DNA of 59,135 nt, filler included, from 4 parts of 4 records of this genome joined end to end with filler, not necessarily neighbours in it, one strand, 5' to 3'; positions 38,859 through 49,374 are shown, counted from the first letter of the whole stretch. Program-made: numbers and translations. Notes: generated by a model from the letters alone, not told the origin.

Positions 38859-40175
38859 TCAAAGTAGATACCATCCACACTGACGCCCTTCTGGGGTGCG
38901 CGGATCACCATTCAGACCGAAATATACGATACGACAGTTATTGCCCTTACTGAGCTCGTGTCGTTTCTCACTGATTCGAACACTCATAGTGTGTTCCGCT
39001 TCCGGATCAAGCCCGTCTCGGAGAATATAGATACGGTTTAGATGCAGATTAAAGCTATTTTTTTCAACAAAAAGATCCTGCTCTACCCAATCCGAACCGT
39101 CAACACTGTGTTCGATTATACCGGCGTGGGGACCGGCAATCACCTGAACGGCCACGGCTGAACCTCTAAACTTCAATTCAAAACTATCGCCCGGCTTGTG
39201 CCCGATCAACTGCGGACGCTCATTCCAGCCCGTCCTTACTTTACCACCTTCGGCTGCGGCATCGTAATTGGTCTCCATGGCAAAGCCGTTGAGTTTTTTG
39301 GCAATTCGCGGTGCAAATAATTTTCCTTCAGTATAGGATACAGAATCTAATTTTTCAGGCATCTCATGATCTTTGACGGGACGAGGCTTTCCTGACCATG
39401 CCTCATCGAGTAAGCGCTCAATACTATCGGCATACAGTTGCTGTCCGAATGGCGATGGGTGTACGCCTTTGAAGTCATCTTTCCATGTAAATTCTTTCCG
39501 ATTGATCCGTTCGTAAACCTCCTTGGTTATATCCAATGAGGGAACACCATAATGCTCGGCCACCTTATCGAAACTCTGAATCACCGGAGGAGTTTTTCCT
39601 TTCTCGTAATCTTCGAGTTTATCGGTGCAGGCAAAATGCATCATCACGATATCCATATTAGGATTGGCCTGTCGAGCCCGTCGCACTATACCTTCCATAC
39701 CCCGAAGACTTTGGTCAGCGGTTCGTAGGATAGCTACATCGTTTACTGCCGCTTCTTCGAACAATAGATCGACTTTTCCCTTTTGAATAACATCCCGATC
39801 CAGTCGAAACGCACCATACATCGTTCCGGTTGAACCCACACCAGCCAGAATAAAGGTAAATTCCGTATCAGGGAAACGTTTCTTCAAATTCGCCATCACT
39901 ATTTTTCGCCAGGACATTCCGGTAATGGAACCACCGACAAATGCAACCGTTCCTTTCTTTGTTTTCTCGAAAATATACTGTGAATTCTTTAATCCACTGC
40001 GCATTTCAAACCAGTTCTGCTTCAGTGGTCCTTTGTAGTTTTGCCATGGGTAGCTTTCGGCACCTGTCTCCTGTGGCTTTGCCCCTTTTGTTTTCTTTAC
40101 CTTCGTTTGAGCGGAAGCAGTTATCGTTAAAATAACCCCAGCCAAAGCTAGATTTAGGATTCTTTTTATTTTCAT
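38859..40175 (-). CDS. SGNH/GDSL hydrolase (carbohydrate esterase-like) with C-terminal beta domain
   Basis: Block I GGSIT, AGVGSTG, EAAVND, GVHPS; signal peptide. Confidence 0.88.
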   Translation of the reverse strand: MKIKRILNLALAGVILTITASAQTKVKKTKGAKPQETGAESYPWQNYKGPLKQNWFEMRSGLKNSQYIFEKTKKGTVAFVGGSITGMSWRKIVMANLKKRFPDTEFTFILAGVGSTGTMYGAFRLDRDVIQKGKVDLLFEEAAVNDVAILRTADQSLRGMEGIVRRARQANPNMDIVMMHFACTDKLEDYEKGKTPPVIQSFDKVAEHYGVPSLDITKEVYERINRKEFTWKDDFKGVHPSPFGQQLYADSIERLLDEAWSGKPRPVKDHEMPEKLDSVSYTEGKLFAPRIAKKLNGFAMETNYDAAAEGGKVRTGWNERPQLIGHKPGDSFELKFRGSAVAVQVIAGPHAGIIEHSVDGSDWVEQDLFVEKNSFNLHLNRIYILRDGLDPEAEHTMSVRISEKRHELSKGNNCRIVYFGLNGDPRTPEGRQCGWYLL

Positions 40176-40421
40176 TATGGAACTTTTAACTGGGATAAAT
40201 TTATTTTTTGGGACTACCCCTGGCTTAAGAGGAAGAATTACTCAATATTTCCGAAGTTTTTCCTTATTTGCCTGCCTTTTCTACATTTTCGCAAAAAAAG
40301 GGCGTTTCTCGTCTGTCTGTTCAAGCAATAGACAACAGAATAAAGCTAATCATAACGGGCTTAGCCTTGTTCTTAGTCTTCACCTTTTTACCTAAGTTGG
40401 CCTCAGCCAACCCAAATACCT

Positions 40422-41741
40422 TTAAGCAGAAATACCAGGTATTTGTGAATGGGCGTTTTGCGGGAAATCGAAGGTCAACACGAGCGGTTCGGAACCGGTG
40501 TTCTCAATTTCAACTCCACCACTCGAAAGGGCAGATTGCGTAATGAATCCGATCTCTGGGTAGATCTCGCCAAGCTTCATGTTCTGATTGTAACGGACTT
40601 CGAGCTTTCCAATGCGACCGCTTCCTCCATTGGTGTGGAACAATGCGGGGCACTCCGGACTAAAAGTCGTCTTAGCCCCTGGGGCTATGGTAAGACGAAG
40701 AATCGAAACCTTCTGGTCGCCAAGAACTTTACCGTATACAATCCATTTTGCATCCACTCCGTCACCAGCGAATTCTTCCGCAGTGATCGCGGGACGGGAA
40801 TTCTTCTGAACGAAGTCAGGATCCTGATTGGCTTCAAAATCAAATTTCTCGACCAAATATTCCCAGTCTTCATGACGATCTTTAGGATAATCCTCTTCAC
40901 GGCATGCATAGAAGGCATCCGCGGCTCCGATACTTCCATCCAGGGTAAGGTCCTCCGCCAGGAAATGCTCATCCATGGTAACATGCACCTCATGTGTGCA
41001 AAGGTCTGTCGGTGAGTGAAGCACTCCATTGGGCATAACAAAGCCGTTATCAATGTGCATCATCGTGTGAGGAGACAAATGCCGAACTCCGTTATATTCC
41101 CCCTGTCCAAAACTTTTCATGCAGGCAAGAAACTGGTCCTTGGTGACAAAAGGGTACAGTCCCATGGCCGTGGTATGATAATGCGAGGGGCTCACGCCCG
41201 GGTTGTCGAAGGAATTGATATCATAGACCTCCCACTTCGACCAATGAAGGTGGTGAGGGATAGGATTTAAGTTATCGAACTTCTTGGAAACAATCGGCCA
41301 GGTTGGATCGCCATAGAGGGCCTTGGAAAAGGCGGTAATCTTCTCACCCATCACGGACTCAGGACTGGAAAGGATTAAGTCCTGTAAAGAAATGACCTGC
41401 CCACTGGGGGTAAGAACATGGGATTCCCCTTCACGATAGGGAGCTTTGCCTGTACGCGTGTCGACAACACCCGTTACAATGGGAACCGTGCAGCCCATCC
41501 AAACTTCATCCAGTCCGGTTCCGCCCATGTAATCAGGATGATAGGAATCCTCTGAAAGACGGAGACGTTTACCTGGAGAACAAAAAGTTCTTCCGGCATA
41601 ACGGTGTATAAGGGGCAAAACGCCACCATTATGATTAAGACAGTCATCGAGAACGGCTGCGGATTCTCCGCCCGATCCGTCGATCACATCCAGTTGTGGG
41701 TATTCGTGAAGTTTTTCAGGTAAAATAGATGAAGCAGCCAT
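40422..41741 (-). CDS. Phosphomannose-isomerase-like cupin protein
   Basis: LDEVWM, KKFDNLNPIPHHLH..KWE, GVLHSP..CTHE metal-ligand pattern; no signal peptide. Confidence 0.6.
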   Translation of the reverse strand: MAASSILPEKLHEYPQLDVIDGSGGESAAVLDDCLNHNGGVLPLIHRYAGRTFCSPGKRLRLSEDSYHPDYMGGTGLDEVWMGCTVPIVTGVVDTRTGKAPYREGESHVLTPSGQVISLQDLILSSPESVMGEKITAFSKALYGDPTWPIVSKKFDNLNPIPHHLHWSKWEVYDINSFDNPGVSPSHYHTTAMGLYPFVTKDQFLACMKSFGQGEYNGVRHLSPHTMMHIDNGFVMPNGVLHSPTDLCTHEVHVTMDEHFLAEDLTLDGSIGAADAFYACREEDYPKDRHEDWEYLVEKFDFEANQDPDFVQKNSRPAITAEEFAGDGVDAKWIVYGKVLGDQKVSILRLTIAPGAKTTFSPECPALFHTNGGSGRIGKLEVRYNQNMKLGEIYPEIGFITQSALSSGGVEIENTGSEPLVLTFDFPQNAHSQIPGISA

Positions 41742-41904
41742 GAATATAAGATATTTGTATTAGGTTAAAAGGAGTGAGAGTTGGTATATTTTCTAAAGAT
41801 CAAAAAAGAGTGTGGCAAGTTTGATTCAGCACTTAATGATGGTCACATCTTTTGTTTCCAAACTTCCCGATTTGTGAAGAGCACTCTTTACTGCGTATCA
41901 TTAA

Positions 41905-43794
41905 TTAATACAACTTGATCGTTTTAAAGGAAATCTCGACTTCACCTTTTATGGGCACCGGAAGAGCAATACCAATACGGCCCAGTGATGACCACCGCGA
42001 CCAGGCATCTGACTCGGTACAATCGATAACATACTCATGCCATTGACCGTCAGCAACTGGCTTGAATGGAAGGTCACCCCCCTTCCAGTTGGTATGCCTG
42101 AGCACCGCCCGTCCGGCACCGATTTCCATTCCTTTCGAAATTTTCATCTCAAATCTCATCTTTGAATATTTATTGGTATCCACATCCATAATCGAATACA
42201 GAATAGGCGGCGTGGCACCAGCCTTGACCAATACTTTACAAATCCCGTTTACATTCACCGGATCGGAAACCAATCCATCCGTTTTGCCCTTGTAAATCTT
42301 TCCTTCGAAACTTCTGGAATTGAATTCCAGCACAATATTGTCCGGGAGGTTTTCAGGTGAACCAAGTTGATCTCGTAATGGAATAAAGAAATCCGGTTCC
42401 AAGTTTACCACTTCAGTCTTCCATTGATCGAAGCCCCTTTTCATTTCCTTGTATTTCTGGGGCATTTTTTCGGCAAGGTTTTCAACTTCACCAATATCCT
42501 GCCCGAGATTAAAAAGTTCGTCATTGTACTCAGCGGACCATTTCTTATTTCGGAGATACTTATAAGTGCGAATCAGTTTCCAGTCACCCGAACGAAAGGC
42601 TTCCTGTCGCAAATAGTTTCCAGTTGCCCCCCAGTCACGACGACGCCAGCCAAAGACACGACTCGAATCAACTTCGGCTTTGTTGGTTAACACAGGGAGA
42701 AGATTGATTCCATCAAGTGTACGATCCTTCGGCACGTACTTACCAGCACCTGCCGCTTCCAATACGGTTACGGATGCATCCATCATAATGGAAGACTGAC
42801 CCGACACGGTACCGGGTGGAATAATCTTTGGCCATTGTATGAGGCAGGGCACACGAATACCGCCCTCCTCAAGATGTTGTTTACTTTTTTTCAATGGCCA
42901 GCAATTACCGGAGAGCATACCACCATTGTCGCTGGTAAAAATGATCAGCGTATTATCAAGCTGCCCTTCTTTTTTTAAGGTCTTAAAGATTTTCCCAATT
43001 CGTGAGTCTAGATGCTCAACCATTTTCACATACACCTCCCTACCCTCTGGCGTATTCGATTTGGGACCTGCATCAAAGGCAGTGGATGGATCTAAAGCTG
43101 GATCCTGTAACGGTGCATGTGGGATGGACCAGGGCAAATAGAGAAAGAATGGATCCTTTCGATTTTCCTTTATGAAATCGACCGCCAAGTCGGTCCAGAT
43201 ATCAGTTAGGTATTGCCCCTCGAGATCGGTGACGCGTTCGCCACCGGTTTTAAAAAGCATCGGACGACCCTGACACTCCTTGTTCTTATTCTGGTGCTGG
43301 AAGTAACCGGTATTGTGATCAATGATCAGCCATTCGTCGAATCCGTGGGCTCCCGGCCAGGAAATTCCCTTCACTTCACCGATGTTCCACTTTCCATAGA
43401 CCGCGGTCGAATATCCAGCCTGCTTCAACCACATCCCGATCGTCGGATCCCGGGAGGCAACCACGCCATCGGGCGATCCCCGGTAGGCTTCAGCCCATTC
43501 ACCCAAACGGTTCGGGTAACGGGCAGTCAACAAGGCACGGCGGGAAGGTGAACAGATGGGAGCGGCGGAATGAAAATCTGTAAGCCGAGCACCATTTTTG
43601 GCCATTCGATCCAAATGCGGAGTCCGAATCGGTGTATTGTTCGGAGCCACGCCATTCGTCCTTGGGTTGTAACTGCTCAAGTCTCCGTAACCGAGATCAT
43701 CAGCAAGCATGAAAATTACATTAGGTTGCTTAGACTGGGCACCTGCCGAGAACAAGACATATAAGAATGAGGAAACTAGTAGTTTCTTTATCAT
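41905..43794 (-). CDS. Sulfatase (S1) with extra C-terminal beta-sandwich domain
   Basis: ADDLGYGD, CSPSRRALLT, GKWN, SDNG, EGGIRVP; C-terminal ADGQWHEYVID. Confidence 0.93.
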   Translation of the reverse strand: MIKKLLVSSFLYVLFSAGAQSKQPNVIFMLADDLGYGDLSSYNPRTNGVAPNNTPIRTPHLDRMAKNGARLTDFHSAAPICSPSRRALLTARYPNRLGEWAEAYRGSPDGVVASRDPTIGMWLKQAGYSTAVYGKWNIGEVKGISWPGAHGFDEWLIIDHNTGYFQHQNKNKECQGRPMLFKTGGERVTDLEGQYLTDIWTDLAVDFIKENRKDPFFLYLPWSIPHAPLQDPALDPSTAFDAGPKSNTPEGREVYVKMVEHLDSRIGKIFKTLKKEGQLDNTLIIFTSDNGGMLSGNCWPLKKSKQHLEEGGIRVPCLIQWPKIIPPGTVSGQSSIMMDASVTVLEAAGAGKYVPKDRTLDGINLLPVLTNKAEVDSSRVFGWRRRDWGATGNYLRQEAFRSGDWKLIRTYKYLRNKKWSAEYNDELFNLGQDIGEVENLAEKMPQKYKEMKRGFDQWKTEVVNLEPDFFIPLRDQLGSPENLPDNIVLEFNSRSFEGKIYKGKTDGLVSDPVNVNGICKVLVKAGATPPILYSIMDVDTNKYSKMRFEMKISKGMEIGAGRAVLRHTNWKGGDLPFKPVADGQWHEYVIDCTESDAWSRWSSLGRIGIALPVPIKGEVEISFKTIKLY

Positions 43795-43802
43795 GGTTAG
43801 TT

Positions 43803-44738
43803 TTACTGTTGAGTGGCAAAAGAGGGAGTTTGGCTTATGATGGTTGCTTTAATATCGTCAATATAGCGTGCTGTGCCCTTGGATCTTTCAGGAAGATTTA
43901 CCGCAGCAATAGAGAACACCAATGTTTTCGTATTCGGTGGCAAATCCATTCTTAAATTCGTGGTATGCCATTCTGTTGAGCCTGCCGGAATAAAAACCGC
44001 TTTACGGGCCGAACTGGTAACCTGATCGTCTAACTCCTGAGTACTTCCGTTTATTTCTTCGCTACTCATAGTAAAAGCACGAAGTACGAGAATCATCTTG
44101 CTTCGCTCAAGGGCTCGATCGCACAAAGCAGACGCAGAGAACTCAACCGCACCTCCCTGATCCCGTACGAGATGACTAACATCCACAATTTGTTCGATAC
44201 GGGACCATTTTCTGTGCTCAACCTCCAACATTTGTAACATCGACTTTCCCTCTTTTGGCTCTACACCGGAAGATCCAGAAGAAACAACATGGGAAGCATC
44301 CCCGTTCCAACGGTTAAGGGTCCGCGGAAGGACGGAAGCCACTGGCGAGTTAAGATTCTCAAAACCTGAATCGACCAATGGTACGGGGACACTTGGCAGC
44401 TCAGGCGCTTGGGAAACCGCATAAGCCCAGACAACGGAGGAACTCAAGACTCCGATTAATACTCCCGCCACCGCAGTTGTAAGAGGCCGCAAGGATCGCG
44501 TCACAGGCTTTGGTTCTTTTATTCGAGAAGAACTCGGAATCACTTGTGCGTCCTGCAGAGCCTTGGCCGCTTCGGCACTAGATCCTAGTGCCATGTCGAG
44601 ATTTGCATAATCGAGGTATAAGCTACGTAGATTGGAATCAGTCTCGAGTGCCTTCTCCAGAGCTGTGGACTCTTCCTGAGTGGCAATCCCCCCAAGGTGT
44701 TTTTGAATTAAATCATGCCAGTGGTTATCTTTATTCAT
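43803..44738 (-). CDS. Membrane anti-sigma factor with extracytoplasmic carbohydrate-binding-like domain
   Basis: LIQKHL.G.AT.EE...LE..L...LY anti-sigma N-terminus, TM, DSGFE...YIDDI beta domain; ATGA overlap with the sigma gene stop. Confidence 0.75.
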   Translation of the reverse strand: MNKDNHWHDLIQKHLGGIATQEESTALEKALETDSNLRSLYLDYANLDMALGSSAEAAKALQDAQVIPSSSRIKEPKPVTRSLRPLTTAVAGVLIGVLSSSVVWAYAVSQAPELPSVPVPLVDSGFENLNSPVASVLPRTLNRWNGDASHVVSSGSSGVEPKEGKSMLQMLEVEHRKWSRIEQIVDVSHLVRDQGGAVEFSASALCDRALERSKMILVLRAFTMSSEEINGSTQELDDQVTSSARKAVFIPAGSTEWHTTNLRMDLPPNTKTLVFSIAAVNLPERSKGTARYIDDIKATIISQTPSFATQQ

Positions 44739-45271
44739 ATTGTATTCTCCTTGGCCATCGTTTGTTGCACGCATTCCAGCAGTGTCTTACGAATTCTTTG
44801 AAGCTTTTTATAAAGGGACATAGGAGTTCTTCCAAGTTGTTGGGCAATTTGATCGATGCGAGTGCCTTGGGTGTATGCCTGTAGAACAAATTCCCGTTGA
44901 TCCTCGGGAAGTTTCATTAGACACCCATCAAGCGCTTCCTCTTGGGTCAGATAGCGATCACCTGCAGCAATCGTATCATCCGCAAATTGATTCAGTAAAT
45001 TATCTCCAAAAACCAGCTTCTCTCGCTGACGATCGCGAATAATGGAAAGTGCCTTAAAGCGTGCGATTCCAAAAGCCCATGGCTTGAAGTCTTTTTTTGC
45101 ATCATACTCTTCGAACTTGTCCCACAAGGTAATGAGCGTGTTTTGAAAAGCCTCATCCGTATCCGATTGCGAATAGAGAATTGCCCGTAAAAAAGTACGG
45201 ATAGCTGCTTCGCTCTGGGCAAGTAGACGAAGGAAATCGTTTCTTAGTTCTGGATCGGTGGAATCAGGCAT
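44735..45271 (-). CDS. ECF RNA polymerase sigma-70 factor (Rhodopirellula/Verrucomicrobium type)
   Basis: DEAFQNT...LW.KF..Y...F.PWAFGIAR (region 2); CLMKLP...QRIRKTLLECV (region 4). Confidence 0.92.
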   Translation of the reverse strand: MPDSTDPELRNDFLRLLAQSEAAIRTFLRAILYSQSDTDEAFQNTLITLWDKFEEYDAKKDFKPWAFGIARFKALSIIRDRQREKLVFGDNLLNQFADDTIAAGDRYLTQEEALDGCLMKLPEDQREFVLQAYTQGTRIDQIAQQLGRTPMSLYKKLQRIRKTLLECVQQTMAKENTI

Positions 45272-45419
45272 AGGAGATGTAGATAGCAACTATTTCCAGA
45301 AATTGCTATCACTTGCCTCCTTTTATTACAGATTCATGAAAGTAATACTTCGACAAAATTAAAGAACATTTAATTAATTGATGGATCGCCCCTCTCTTAC
45401 AAATCAATCAACTTCTGGA

Positions 45420-46384
45420 TTATTTATTTTTGGAGGGATAGCTGTTCTTCTTTGTCGCGGAACTGTCTTTGAACAGGCGTAATCGATCCAATTTCACCTC
45501 CTGTTTTCTCTCCGTCACAAAGCGGATAATTTTAAGCCCGGGTTGTTCAAAGCGTACTTCTCCGATTGAAACATCTGTAAGCTTTTTGGAAGGCTTCAGG
45601 GTGCCGATTCGTTTCATCGGATAGCCCGCATCTGCCTGAGTCGCATCGTTTTTCACATCATCGACAAATACCGAGCATGTCCCGCTCATGGCGATCGATC
45701 CTTCTAGGTGGTAAGTTCCGGCGGTTGGCAGGTCGATGATAAACTCAATGTAACTGCCCGCTCCTGCATACAAGAGAGCGCTTACAAGCCGCTCCCCGGA
45801 AGCTTCCATATCCGCAAGCGTGTAATGACAATTCCCTCGGAGCCGATAATCAGCCGATGTCTGAGCGGGTATTTCTTCAGCTTCCATCCATCCGTCTGCA
45901 GGAATTTCCGGATAACTGAACGACAAATGCTTCTCAAGTTCTTCAATCACCTGAGCATATTTCGGATTCCCGGCAAGGTTGGTAAACTCGTGCGGATCGT
46001 TGGCGAGTTCATAAAGCTCAGTTTCTCCCGTGGCTAAACGCGTCATCCGGAAATCATTGGAAAGAATGGACTCAAAAAAGACACCATCCATCTGACTGGT
46101 CATCCGTACAGGATGATCCCACTCGGCATCAGGATCTTTCAGAAGTGGCACCAGACTATTTCCATCAAGAGTCTGAGGGGGCTTTGGCAAATCAAGCAGT
46201 TCAATCAATGTGGGATAGAGATCAAGCAATGAAACCGCTTTTCCACAAACCGCACCTTGGGGCAGACCCGGTCCTGCAATCATGAAATTGCTGTGCGACG
46301 AATCATACCACGGTTTGATTTTCGACCACGCGTTCTTTTCACCAAGCATATAACCGTGATCACTCCACAGGACCACATAGCCCG
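45420..46384 (-). CDS. Sulfatase, C-terminal part (5' truncated), with extra C-terminal beta domain
   Basis: VVLWSDHGY.LGEK, SLLDLYPTL, LDGNSL.PLL, ELY.L..DPHE..NLA; WMEAEE...KLDRL CBM-like tail. Confidence 0.88.
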
Positions 46385-46484
46385 NNNNNNNNNNNNNNNN
46401 NNNNNNNNNNNNNNNNNNNNNNNNNNNNTTAATTAATTAANNNNNNNNNNNNNNNNNNNNNNNNNNNNNNNNNNNNNNNNNNNN
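46385..46484. other. Artificial contig linker
   Basis: N44-TTAATTAATTAA-N44. Confidence 0.98.
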
Positions 46485-46716
<232 letters not shown>

Positions 46717-46724
46717 TTACTTAG

Positions 46725-47015
46725 TTACTTTGCAATTACTCCCATGATGTCACTTTCTTTCATGATGGAATATTCTTTTCCATCAATCTTGACTTCAGTT
46801 CCTGACCATTTTCCAAATAAAATATGATCACCAACTTTAACATCTAATGGTGTGATTTTTCCTTCTTCCGATTTAGAACCAGGCCCCACTGCAATGACCT
46901 TACCTTCTTGAGGTTTCTCTTTTGCAGTATCAGGAATAATGATTCCACCGGCAGTCTTTTCTTCGCTATCAAGCGATTCAACTAACACTCTATCGTGTAA
47001 CGGTCTGAATTTCAT
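46725..47015 (-). CDS. groES: Co-chaperonin GroES
   Basis: [10 protein letters not shown]...[18 protein letters not shown]...KESDIMG. Confidence 0.98.
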   Translation of the reverse strand: MKFRPLHDRVLVESLDSEEKTAGGIIIPDTAKEKPQEGKVIAVGPGSKSEEGKITPLDVKVGDHILFGKWSGTEVKIDGKEYSIMKESDIMGVIAK

Positions 47016-47042
47016 AGTTTTCTCCTTTAACGTTATGGCAGT

Positions 47043-47071
47043 GATATGATTACTATTTCCATTTTTTCAAG
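47043..47071 (-). promoter_or_regulatory. Candidate RpoH (sigma-32) promoter of groESL
   Basis: Minus strand CTTGAA-N17-CATATC; no CIRCE inverted repeat seen. Confidence 0.5.
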
Positions 47072-47137
47072 GGCTAAATATATCTAAAAAGTAGTGAATA
47101 AGTGGTGTTTTTTACAATTCTAAAGTATACCTTGAAT

Positions 47138-48502
47138 ATGTCGGTATTCAGCTCGATTAAAAAAGTTTTTAAAAAGAGGGAAATAAGCCATTTTCCAAAT
47201 GATCTAGATTCCTTATGGATGCCATTTTCAGCCAATAAGCATTTTAAGAAAAACCCTCGATTGATATCTAGAGCCAAGGGAATGTATTACTACACACCTT
47301 CTGGGGAACAAATTTTAGATGGTGTTGCTGGATTATGGTGTTGTAACGCTGGGCACAATAGAGAAGAAATTGTCAATGCTATTAAAAATCAAGCTGAAGA
47401 ATTAGATTTTGCCCCAGCTTTTAACATGGGTCATCCTAAATCTTTTGAGTTAAGTTCAAAATTAACTCAAATTGCTCCAGAGGGTTTTAATCATGTTTTT
47501 TTTGGAAACTCTGGATCTGAAGCAGTTGAGAGCGCTTTAAAAATTGCTTTATCATATTGGCGAGAAAAAGGGCAGGATAGCAAAAAAATACTTATAGGAA
47601 GAAAAAGAGGATATCACGGTACGAACTTTGGAGGAGTATCAGTTGGGGGTATTGAAAAAAACAGGAATCAGTTTGGAAAATTTCTTCCAGATGTTTATCA
47701 TTTATCAGATACACATAATTTAGAAAAAAACGCTTATTCAAAAGGACAACCTAGTTGGGGTGCAGAGCTCACAAACGAACTAATTGAATATATTAAAGAA
47801 AATGGTTCAGAAAACATTGCTGCTGTGATTGTTGAGCCTGTAGCTGGATCAACTGGAGTTTTAATACCTCCAAAAAACTATTTAAATAATTTAAAAAAAA
47901 TATGTGTTGACAATAATATTTTATTAATATTTGACGAAGTTATTACCGGATTTGGTCGATTAGGCAAAGCTTTAGCAAGTGATTATTTTGAAATAACACC
48001 AGATTTAATTTGTGTTGCAAAAGGGATTAATAGTGGAACGGTACCCATGGGCGCAGTTTTAGTTCAAGATGAGATTTATAATGCGTTTATGAATAAAGAT
48101 GAAAAGAGCATAGATTTATTTCACGGTTATACCTATTCAGCTCATCCATTAGCATGCGCTGCAGCTTTGGCGGCGCTAAAGCTTTATGATGATGAAAATC
48201 TTTTTGAAAGAGCAAACGACCTAGCAGAATATTGGGAGGATGCAATTCACTCCTTGAAGGGAATTAGAAATATTATTGATATAAGAAATTTAGGTTTAAT
48301 TGGAGCCATAGAATTAGAGCCTATGGATGGGAAACCTACCCAAAGAGCTTACAATGTTTTATGCGAGGCATTTAATAATCAAAAAACCTTACTTAGAGTC
48401 ACAGGAGATATAATTGCTTTATCACCACCTTTAATAATAGAGAAAAATCAAATCGACCAGCTAGTTGATAATTTAAAAACTACTCTTCAGCAAACAGAAT
48501 AA
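47138..48502 (+). CDS. Class III PLP aminotransferase (omega-amino acid/beta-alanine:pyruvate type)
   Basis: WMPFSAN, DGVAGLWC, NSGSEAVE, GYHG, EPVAGSTG, FDEVITGFGR, PLP Lys in AKGINSG, HGYTYSAHP. Confidence 0.92.
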   Translation: MSVFSSIKKVFKKREISHFPNDLDSLWMPFSANKHFKKNPRLISRAKGMYYYTPSGEQILDGVAGLWCCNAGHNREEIVNAIKNQAEELDFAPAFNMGHPKSFELSSKLTQIAPEGFNHVFFGNSGSEAVESALKIALSYWREKGQDSKKILIGRKRGYHGTNFGGVSVGGIEKNRNQFGKFLPDVYHLSDTHNLEKNAYSKGQPSWGAELTNELIEYIKENGSENIAAVIVEPVAGSTGVLIPPKNYLNNLKKICVDNNILLIFDEVITGFGRLGKALASDYFEITPDLICVAKGINSGTVPMGAVLVQDEIYNAFMNKDEKSIDLFHGYTYSAHPLACAAALAALKLYDDENLFERANDLAEYWEDAIHSLKGIRNIIDIRNLGLIGAIELEPMDGKPTQRAYNVLCEAFNNQKTLLRVTGDIIALSPPLIIEKNQIDQLVDNLKTTLQQTE

Positions 48503-48506
48503 TAAA

Positions 48507-49373
48507 ATGCAAAATCATCATCCTGAGGAGATAATTCAATTTAGAAATATTATTGATCGCTATGATATTTATTTTATAGATTTATGGGGCGTTATTCATA
48601 ACGGGGTAAAGTTATTTGATAATGCTACGAAGGTCCTTTTAGAGTTAAAAAAAGAAAATAAAAAAATAATATTAATTTCAAATGCCCCAAGAACTAACAA
48701 GACAGTAAAATTGTTTTTAAAAAAGCTAGGTTTCGACCTAAGCTTAACTGATTTATTAATCACATCTGGAGATGTAACGAGAAATTATATTATTCAAAAT
48801 AATAATAAAGTTTTTCACCATTTAGGACCAGCCAAGGATCAAGATTTATTTGAAAATATAAAAAATATAAAAAGCAATTCAGATGAAGCAAGTGAAATCA
48901 TTTGTACCGGGTTAATAGATCATGTAGGAGAAAATATTTCTGATTATAAAAACCTTTTTGATAATTGGATTAGAGAAAAAAAATTATTTATTTGCGCTAA
49001 TCCCGATGAGGTCGTATCTAGAGGAAATAAACTTGAGTTTTGCGCTGGAGCTTTAGCAAAATATTATCATAAACTTGGCGGGAAAGTAAAATATTTTGGA
49101 AAACCGTTTAATCAAATTTATGAACTTGCTAAATTAGAAATTGAAAATTTAACCAATAAGAACTTTAATAAAGAAAGCATTTTAGCCATCGGAGACAACT
49201 TAAAAACCGACATTTGCGGCGCTCAAAATTATAACGTTGACTCTTTATTAATTTTAAATGGAATTTATAAAGATTTTTTTAGAGATGCTAATTTAAATTT
49301 TGACAAATTATTAAAATCAAATGAAATGGAAAGTTTAACGATAAAAAAATTTCAACAAGAACTGAAATGGTAA
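48507..49373 (+). CDS. HAD-IIA hydrolase (TIGR01459-like)
   Basis: DLWGVIHNG, SNAPR, CANPD, GKP, IGDNLKTDI. Confidence 0.9.
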   Translation: MQNHHPEEIIQFRNIIDRYDIYFIDLWGVIHNGVKLFDNATKVLLELKKENKKIILISNAPRTNKTVKLFLKKLGFDLSLTDLLITSGDVTRNYIIQNNNKVFHHLGPAKDQDLFENIKNIKSNSDEASEIICTGLIDHVGENISDYKNLFDNWIREKKLFICANPDEVVSRGNKLEFCAGALAKYYHKLGGKVKYFGKPFNQIYELAKLEIENLTNKNFNKESILAIGDNLKTDICGAQNYNVDSLLILNGIYKDFFRDANLNFDKLLKSNEMESLTIKKFQQELKW

Positions 49374-49374
49374 T

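Noticed and set aside
40177-40543. Plus-strand ORFs in the spacer between the SGNH and cupin genes
   Set aside because: Opposite to the locus orientation, no motifs, and partly overlapping a real gene.
47016-47137. CIRCE element upstream of groES
   Set aside because: No TTAGCACTC-N9-GAGTGCTAA match seen.
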